Source: an uncultured Phycisphaeraceae bacterium (GTDB lineage Bacteria; Planctomycetota; Phycisphaerae; UBA1845). From it: a DNA stretch of 64,000 bases. The position numbers and the translations under genes were made by a program. Of this stretch, positions 57,991-64,000 are shown in pieces. A model generated the notes under the pieces. The model was given only the letters and a program-made list of their open reading frames with translations. It ran no database searches and was not told the origin of the DNA. Each line of letters starts with the position of its first letter. The first letter of the stretch is position 1. The stretch is from assembly GCA_964569425.1 (NCBI GenBank), contig CAZMVD010000001.1:325-64324 (forward strand). Reading direction: 5' to 3'.

Positions 57991-60132
57991 CTACGCAACC
58001 TGCGGCCGGTTGCCGAAGTAGAGCTTGGCCCCGACCAGCAATAGCAGTGCCAGAATCGCCACGCCCCACTCTGACATGGTGGGGATCGCATCCACGCAGC
58101 CGGGAGCGAAGAGGTTGTCATCCAGCCCCGGACACATATCGACGCAATCGAGCACGCCGTCGCCGTCGGAATCGGCACCGTCCGAAACGCCGCACCCACA
58201 GATCCCCGGATCGGTCTTTTCCGGATCCTCGGGGCAGCCGTCGTTGCAGTCCGGCGTGCCGTCGCCGTCGGTGTCGTCATCCGCAGTTCCGCAGCCACAG
58301 ATGCCCGGAGAGGTCTTGTTGGGGTCGAACGGGCAGCTGTCCGCGCAATCGGCGGCACCGTCGCCGTCGCTGTCGGTATCGGGCACGCCGCACCCACACT
58401 GACCGGGCGCGTCCTTGGTGGAATCGCCCGGACAGGCATCGCACTCATCACGCGTGCCGTCGCCGTCGGTATCGTCCGGGCCGGCGCAATCGCGCGGGTC
58501 CAGAAGCTGGTTGATTCCCAGGAATTGGCCCCCAAGCTGCTGGCATTCCTGCTGACGAATCTCGTCGCACCCGCCATCCGGCAGGCAGCACGGCCCGATC
58601 GGCGTCGTGCACACGCTCACGATGAAGTCCGACACCAACGGCGCAGGGAACTGTCCGTAGCGCCACTCGCCGGTGCATTGCGCGCTGCGGTCCTGAAGCA
58701 CGAACACGGGACCCGGGTTACCCGGGGCGAACAGATCATCCAGCCCGCCGCTGCCGATGGTGCGCGGGCCTTCCGCGATCTCCGCGCCGGCGTTGCGTAC
58801 CGAGGTTTTGTAGACGATGTAGAAATCTACTCCGTTACCGGCCGGATCCTTGGGCAGGATGATCCCCGTCGGCTGCCCGAACGCCGGAGCGCAAGTCGAC
58901 ACCGGAAACGTATCCGGCGCTGTTGGTAAACCGGGGAATGTACATTGCGTTCCCGGAATCGGCGCCAGCGGCAATCCGAAGTTCGGACCCGGATTGGGGT
59001 CCACCGACCACAACTCGGTGGTCAACGTCCAATTACCCGCAACGGGAAAGCCCGGCAGGTTGCGGCTGCGAACCAGAATATCATAACTGATGAGATTTCG
59101 TCCCGCGTGATCGGAAAGCGTGATATCGTCCCCCACCAGGAAGTCCGCCGACCAGCACGGATTCTCAACCGGATCCTGCGGGAAGTACGCCGCCTGACTG
59201 TGCGTCGGCTGGGAATACGAAGTGCACGGATTGGGGTCGTCGCAAGCATTCGTAACTTCATTGCATGTCTGCACCGCGTGGCACGGATCGCCGGTGTGCG
59301 AACACAGTCCGCTCTGCAGGTTGCAAAACTCCGTCCCGTTGCAGAATTCCTCATCATCCGGGCATTGCGCGTCCATGGTGCAACCGGAGCATGTGTTGTT
59401 GTCCTCGTTGCAGAAGGGCGTGGCGCCGGTGCAGGGCGATTGGCCGGCGATGCACTGGCCGTTGGGTCCGCAGGTCTCCACGCCGTTGCAGTACAACCCG
59501 TCATCGCAGTCCGAACCGTCAACGCACGGCCCAAAGTAATCTACCCGAAAAGCGCCGCCGGATCCGCTGTAGCCATCGACGATCAGAAAGTACGTCGTGC
59601 CGGCCGTCAGATTGGTCGTCAATCGCGCCTTGAACGGCGAGCCGCAGTTGTCGCAACTGTCGTCATCCTGAGCAACGCAAGCCGATCCCGGACAGCTTCC
59701 TCCGCTTCGCAGTTGCAGCGCGGTGTCAAACACCGTGGCGTCGTTGCACGTCGAAAAAGTCCACGAACCTGTCGCACTCGCGGTAAACTCGACGATGCCG
59801 TCAAAAGAATTGCCACCGTAGAATCCGCACGGCGCACCGCAGCCCGGCGCAGCGCCGAAACTGTTCGCCAGGTCGGCCACACTGCCCGCAAAACTTCCCA
59901 CGCCGGGCAACGTACCTAACTGAAACGCAGGGCAGTTGTTGGCAATCTCCCCTGCCAGGCGAACGGATTGCGTCACCACGCGGGTCGAACCCGGACGGTT
60001 GGCCCCGGCATTGTCACGAACAGTGGATGCCGTGCGGATAATCTCAACCGTCGGGTCGGCTCCCACGGCTGCACACATGAAAGCAACCGCAGCCAACGCC
60101 GCAAACGCAGTGGAAATTCTTCGATTGAACAT
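57991..60132 (-). CDS. large secreted Cys-rich protein with thrombospondin-type-3-like Ca-binding repeats and an IPTL-CTERM-like tail
   Basis: Start at ATG 60132, preceded by GGAGGAAAGAGGG. Signal MFNRRISTAFAALAAVAFMCAAVGA. CNG-x-E-x-C Cys-rich repeats. C-terminus IPTMSEWGVAILALLLLVGAKLYFGNRPQVA. Confidence 0.8.
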   Translation of the reverse strand: MFNRRISTAFAALAAVAFMCAAVGADPTVEIIRTASTVRDNAGANRPGSTRVVTQSVRLAGEIANNCPAFQLGTLPGVGSFAGSVADLANSFGAAPGCGAPCGFYGGNSFDGIVEFTASATGSWTFSTCNDATVFDTALQLRSGGSCPGSACVAQDDDSCDNCGSPFKARLTTNLTAGTTYFLIVDGYSGSGGAFRVDYFGPCVDGSDCDDGLYCNGVETCGPNGQCIAGQSPCTGATPFCNEDNNTCSGCTMDAQCPDDEEFCNGTEFCNLQSGLCSHTGDPCHAVQTCNEVTNACDDPNPCTSYSQPTHSQAAYFPQDPVENPCWSADFLVGDDITLSDHAGRNLISYDILVRSRNLPGFPVAGNWTLTTELWSVDPNPGPNFGLPLAPIPGTQCTFPGLPTAPDTFPVSTCAPAFGQPTGIILPKDPAGNGVDFYIVYKTSVRNAGAEIAEGPRTIGSGGLDDLFAPGNPGPVFVLQDRSAQCTGEWRYGQFPAPLVSDFIVSVCTTPIGPCCLPDGGCDEIRQQECQQLGGQFLGINQLLDPRDCAGPDDTDGDGTRDECDACPGDSTKDAPGQCGCGVPDTDSDGDGAADCADSCPFDPNKTSPGICGCGTADDDTDGDGTPDCNDGCPEDPEKTDPGICGCGVSDGADSDGDGVLDCVDMCPGLDDNLFAPGCVDAIPTMSEWGVAILALLLLVGAKLYFGNRPQVA
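58120..58473 (-). repeat. about 3.5 protein-level repeats of about 33 aa, D-x-D-x-DG-x-x-DC-x-D-x-CP-x-DP-x-KT-x-PG-x-CGCG (TSP type-3-like)
   Basis: DTDGDGTRDECDACPGDSTKDAPGQCGCGVP / DTDSDGDGAADCADSCPFDPNKTSPGICGCGTA / DDDTDGDGTPDCNDGCPEDPEKTDPGICGCGVS / DGADSDGDGVLDCVDMCPG. Confidence 0.6.
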
Positions 60133-60844
60133 GGCTAACCCTCTTTCCTCCTCGGAATTAACATTGGCGATGTACGCCGACCCGCCCAGCTCGGCGCTTT
60201 GAATTTCGCCCCTTCTTGCCCCGGCGACTGAAATCGATATCCCCCGGAGCCCAGCGCGGTCCCCCAATCGACCCCGTGGGTAATGCGTGAAACAAACTGC
60301 GCGACCACCCCTATTCTATCGCCGAAATCAGCCGCAACAATGCGAAAAACACGCTCCTGATGTTATCGGTATTGCCGCCCGGAATCAAGGGTTACCCCGC
60401 TGGAAACGTCTCATAATCGCACCAGATGCGACGTTTGAATCACTGGACTGGTCGAAGTCTGGCGTTTCTTGCAGCAAGTAAACAAGTTGTTGTGAACCAC
60501 CGCACCCACGAAGGAAACACACGCAATGGTACGCCCCGCAAAGTCAGAAGTGCTCGCAACCGTCAAACGGCAATTCGATAGCAAAGGGAGCGTGGGACAA
60601 TTCCGGAACTTCGCCGCACGACGCCAAGGACAAAGCTCTAGATCACGAGCTGCAGCAATTGAAGGAAACGTACGCTGACCGACCCCGAATCGCGTCGACA
60701 ACCAGGCAAAGCCCCGGCGCATTCGTCGTGCGACGCCAGCGATTCCCTGCTCTTAGACCGCTCTCCAGCGTCGCCCGATGGCCCAAGATCAAGCGGCCAA
60801 CGGAAACTCCGCCCACTTCAGAATACATTCCGCGAGATTGCGTC

Positions 60845-63085
60845 CTAGAGCGCCACTTCTTCCCGGCGACCGAAGTACATCTTGCCGGCCACCATCAACA
60901 ACAACGCCAGAATGAGCATTCCCCATTGAGACATCGTCGGAATCTCACCGGGACACTGGCACGCCGGAATACACTGGCCACCCGGACCGCAATCAGCATC
61001 GCTCTCGCAGTGCGAAGCGGTATCGCAGCAGACCAGGATGCCGAAAGTCGCATCGTCCACACCGGGGCAATTGTCGCACTGGTCGTCGACGCCATCACCG
61101 TCACTATCCCCGAGGCAAATGGACCCGGGCCCCAGGTGCGAACCACCCAAGTTGGTACAAGTGCCTTCCAGCACATCGACGATACAGCTCTTATCAGCCA
61201 GGCAACACGCCCCGCAAAGTTGATTGTCGGGGTGCGTGCAGTTGCCGGAGCCGTCGCAGATGTCGTTGGTGCATTCGTCACCGTCGTCGGTGCAGTCCGC
61301 TCCCGCGGCGGCGAATCCGTTGGCCGGACAGTCGACGTCCGCACCCGTACAGAACTCATCCACGTCGCACTCGTCCACCGCTGGGCGACAAACCGTGGTA
61401 TCCGGCTCCAGCGCGTCGGGCGGACAATCAGCGTCGCTTCCCGTGCAGAATTCGGCCACGTCGCAGACCCCCGCCGCCGCCCGGCACTCGGTCGTATCCG
61501 GTTCGAAACCGTCGGCCGGGCAATCCACGCCTACCCCGTCGCAGAACTCCGCAATGTCGCAAACGCCGGCAGCCATGCGGCACTCCGTAGTGTTCGGCTC
61601 GACGGCATCCGGCGGACAATCGGCATCGTTGCCCGTGCAGAATTCGGCGATGTCGCAAACGCCCGCCGAAGCGCGACACTCCGTAGTGTTGGGCTCAAAA
61701 CCATCCGACGGACAATCCGCACTGTTGCCGGTGCAGAACTCGGCCACGTCGCACACGCCCGCCGACGCACGGCATTCAGTGGTATCCGGCAGGAAGACAT
61801 CAGGCGGGCAATCCGGGTTCACGCCGTCACAGAACTCTGCCACGTCGCAGTCGCCCGCCGCCGCACGGCACTCTATCCCCGCAGGGACCGGATTGGCCAC
61901 GCAATTCCCGAAGCCGTCGCACACGTCCGGCTGGTCGCAAACCCCCTGCGGCGTCTGGTTGCCGCACGGCGTGCCCGCCAGGGCATCCTGATACACGCAG
62001 CCGAGCACCGGATCGCAGGTGTCGATCGTGCACTCGTTGCCGTCGTCGCACGCCGCGTCGTCCGGCGTGTATACACAACCGATCATTGAATCGCAGGTGT
62101 CGACCGTGCAATCCACGCCGTCATCGCACACCACGGGATCGTAGAAACAGCCGCTGGCCGGGTTGCAGTCGTCGATCGTGCAGGCGTCATTGTCGTCGCA
62201 GTCGATATCGGCCGTCTGGCAACCAAGCACCGGGTCGCAGAAATCATCCGTGCACTCGTTCTTGTCGTCGCAGATGATCAAGACGTTCTCGCAGAACCCG
62301 TTGACGCACGAATCCTCGGTGCACTCGTTGTCGTCGTCACAATCCCCGTCCACGAAACAGCCCCGTACTTCGATCTGAATGACCAGATCGTTGAAATCAC
62401 GATCCGCCGCCAATCCCTGATTCGCCGGATGCGTGTTGTCGCCCAACGGACCGTTCAGGTCTTCCCAGAAGAGCGCCCATACTTTGTAGGTCGGAGGAAT
62501 ACCCGGCGCGCCGATGATCTCGTACGTCACCATGTGATCCAGCAAGTCGCTGTTCATCAACGGGTCGGAATAATGCACATTGGTCAGCGAAACGTCGGAA
62601 TCGTTGGCCCGCGCCCAAACCCAGGTCGAACCCGGCGTAAAGGTCACCATTCCCGACCCGGTCGCCGCAAACCCCGTCCCCGTCACTTCAAACATCTTGA
62701 CGAAGCCAAGTCCGTCATCGTAGCCGAACTCCTGCGGAAAGCCCGCAAACCGCGCCTCGACGCTGGCCGTAGTCGAACCATCGGTCCACACGTCGTCGTC
62801 CGCCGTACCGGGTGCACCGGTCAGCATGTTAAGCAACGCCACGAACCCGTCGTCATCGACGCGCGTCGCCGTCGTCACGCCGTTGCTGTATTGAGTGCTG
62901 AACCCGTTGGGCAGCGGCGCTCCCGTGGCCACAAAGGTACCGCCATAGATACCATCGAGAAGCGCGGCATGGCCGGGCTCGGGTGTCGTAAAAATCGTCG
63001 TGTAGCCGCCCAGCGCGGGAAGGGCAAACGTCAGCAAGCCCGTGACGTAACTCAAGGACAGGACAGCGCGCTTTGAAGAATTCAT
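60845..63085 (-). CDS. large secreted Cys-rich protein with a DUF4114-like N-terminal region, CDDxNxCT repeats, tandem disintegrin-like modules and an IPTL-CTERM-like tail
   Basis: RBS GGAAGGAG 7 nt before the ATG. Signal MNSSKRAVLSLSYVTGLLTFALPALG. DRDFNDLVIQIE. C-terminus IPTMSQWGMLILALLLMVAGKMYFGRREEVAL. Confidence 0.85.
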   Translation of the reverse strand: MNSSKRAVLSLSYVTGLLTFALPALGGYTTIFTTPEPGHAALLDGIYGGTFVATGAPLPNGFSTQYSNGVTTATRVDDDGFVALLNMLTGAPGTADDDVWTDGSTTASVEARFAGFPQEFGYDDGLGFVKMFEVTGTGFAATGSGMVTFTPGSTWVWARANDSDVSLTNVHYSDPLMNSDLLDHMVTYEIIGAPGIPPTYKVWALFWEDLNGPLGDNTHPANQGLAADRDFNDLVIQIEVRGCFVDGDCDDDNECTEDSCVNGFCENVLIICDDKNECTDDFCDPVLGCQTADIDCDDNDACTIDDCNPASGCFYDPVVCDDGVDCTVDTCDSMIGCVYTPDDAACDDGNECTIDTCDPVLGCVYQDALAGTPCGNQTPQGVCDQPDVCDGFGNCVANPVPAGIECRAAAGDCDVAEFCDGVNPDCPPDVFLPDTTECRASAGVCDVAEFCTGNSADCPSDGFEPNTTECRASAGVCDIAEFCTGNDADCPPDAVEPNTTECRMAAGVCDIAEFCDGVGVDCPADGFEPDTTECRAAAGVCDVAEFCTGSDADCPPDALEPDTTVCRPAVDECDVDEFCTGADVDCPANGFAAAGADCTDDGDECTNDICDGSGNCTHPDNQLCGACCLADKSCIVDVLEGTCTNLGGSHLGPGSICLGDSDGDGVDDQCDNCPGVDDATFGILVCCDTASHCESDADCGPGGQCIPACQCPGEIPTMSQWGMLILALLLMVAGKMYFGRREEVAL
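61295..61870 (-). repeat. six tandem 96-bp (32-aa) coding repeats, CR-x4-x-CD-[VI]-x-EFC-x-G-x3-DCP-x-[DN]
   Basis: CRAAAGDCDVAEFCDGVNPDCPPDVFLPDTTE / CRASAGVCDVAEFCTGNSADCPSDGFEPNTTE / CRASAGVCDIAEFCTGNDADCPPDAVEPNTTE / CRMAAGVCDIAEFCDGVGVDCPADGFEPDTTE / CRAAAGVCDVAEFCTGSDADCPPDALEPDTTV / CRPAVDECDVDEFCTGADVDCPANGFAAAGAD. Confidence 0.85.
61991..62359 (-). repeat. five protein-level repeats of about 24 aa, C-D-D-x-[ND]-x-C-T-x-D-x-C-x4-G-C
   Basis: DCDDDNECTEDSCVNGFC / ICDDKNECTDDFCDPVLGC / DCDDNDACTIDDCNPASGC / VCDDGVDCTVDTCDSMIGC / ACDDGNECTIDTCDPVLGC. Confidence 0.6.
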
Positions 63086-63467
63086 CGATCCGCTCCTTCC
63101 ACCGTTTAGCTAACACCGGCCGCATTTCGCGCCACGATGTCTACAGGCACCCGCGAACATTCTCTAAACCGAAGACCTAACAGTAAGGCAAATCCTGGAT
63201 AGCTGGAGAAAGTAGTACAAACAGCAAAGCGCTTGCCTTGTTACTCAACGCGATGATGTTGACCTGACAAGCGGCAACGCGCGTAGAATTGCGCCACTCT
63301 CTCCACACCTCCCATTCGCTTCCTTACCTCTATAACAGGCCAGTGTAGCCAACCGAAAATTCAATTGCAAGGAAAAACCAATAGACCTGATACGTTTTCG
63401 GAAACAAATTAACGCGACAATTTACGTCATGGCGGGACGCCGGCGGTTGGTGCAGAACCAGGGGAAG

Positions 63468-63989
63468 TCACTCTTCCGTCTTGGATTCCTCACGACCAAG
63501 ACGGCTAACGGAACGAATAACGGCTTCCCAGGCCCGAACCGCATCCTCGAATTCATATCGAAGGATATCTGCCAGCAGCACATGATCCTGGGCCATGAGG
63601 GCTTGTTTGATCTGGTTCAGCGCTTCTCTCGGCTTCTCGATCACATCGGCCAAACGCTCGTTTCCGATCTTAACCGAGGCCGCGTCCACACACAGGAGCG
63701 ATAACGATTGTATAACCGCCTGGTGGATTTGCTGCCACGCACGCGTGCATCCGCCCAACGCCTCGATGCCCTGGGCCACTTGCCCGGTCGTCAACAGCTC
63801 CGCCGCATGCGTGCTGGCCTCGACCGTCTGCGCCAGCGATGCCGCTGCATGGTTCATGGCATCTTCAATCAGCGCGGCGCGGTCCAACGTGGCGACATCC
63901 AGCCGCCTAACGCCGGCCATGGGACGGGCGAGAGCACCGTTCATTTCATCCTGGCCGACTTCCTTCCCGTCAAAACGTAGCCCGACCAC
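63468..63989 (-). CDS. hypothetical protein (all-helical by composition); the N-terminus may lie beyond the window end
   Basis: 173-aa ORF with normal-looking composition. No motif recognised. Confidence 0.45.
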   Translation of the reverse strand: MVGLRFDGKEVGQDEMNGALARPMAGVRRLDVATLDRAALIEDAMNHAAASLAQTVEASTHAAELLTTGQVAQGIEALGGCTRAWQQIHQAVIQSLSLLCVDAASVKIGNERLADVIEKPREALNQIKQALMAQDHVLLADILRYEFEDAVRAWEAVIRSVSRLGREESKTEE

Positions 63990-64000
63990 CAGTCGTCCGG

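Noticed and set aside
57390-58514. 374-aa plus-strand ORF
   Set aside because: It is extremely Arg/Pro-rich. It is off-frame to the DUF3105 gene and antisense to the TSP3-repeat gene.
60659-62089. 476-aa plus-strand ORF
   Set aside because: It lies antisense to the disintegrin-repeat gene. Its internal periodicity (..RTIGIVARAEFGDVANARR..) simply mirrors the coding repeat on the other strand.

Overview
GC-rich bacterial chromosome segment, about 60-65% GC by eye (not computed). It is densely packed with housekeeping genes, and I found no transposase, integrase, phage gene, CRISPR array or rRNA. The taxon is inferred only: Planctomycetota/PVC-like, based on an H-X9-DG/DUF1559-type protein, FG-GAP and dockerin-like secreted proteins, IPTL-CTERM-type tails and an unusual dcw cluster. 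Layout: (i) 1-11.8 kb, minus strand, is a division/cell-wall (dcw) cluster: mraZ, rsmH, LysM protein, ftsL-like, ftsI, murE, murF, mraY, ftsW, murG. It has no murD between mraY and ftsW, and a sigma70-like promoter with GTGGN direct repeats lies upstream of mraZ. (ii) 12-22 kb holds glycan genes (GT4, gmd, GT2), an ABC exporter pair, miaA, a NifU-like gene and a HEAT-repeat protein. (iii) 22-34 kb holds thrC, a stand-alone Clp-N protein, a leaderless H-X9-DG protein and a 7-blade FG-GAP protein. It also holds a minus-strand run of SGNH hydrolase, Kdo/WaaP-like kinase-SCP2 fusion (catalytic Asp missing), methyltransferase and a di-heme DUF1111-like protein. (iv) 34-50 kb holds tRNA-Leu(CAA), glmS, rarA, a 5-formyl-THF cyclo-ligase, tyrS, a ymdB-like gene and rny. 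A 0.9-kb non-coding spacer with an AT-rich island follows, then a DsbD-like protein, tRNA-Val(TAC), a lipoprotein, an S1/P1-like protein with an Ada-type Zn ribbon, nrdR and lysS. (v) 50-58 kb holds a GNAT-HDAC fusion, a CPA1 antiporter and a run of 3-hydroxyanthranilate dioxygenase, methyltransferase and ACMSD, then a DUF3105 protein. (vi) 58-63 kb holds two adjacent large Cys-rich secreted proteins that both end in an IPTMSEWG + TM + basic tail (IPTL-CTERM-like). One carries thrombospondin-type-3-like Ca repeats. The other carries six tandem 32-aa units that match the metazoan disintegrin loop pattern. This last locus is the most unusual thing I see. The many long Arg/Pro/His-rich ORFs antisense to or off-frame within real genes are treated as high-GC artefacts.
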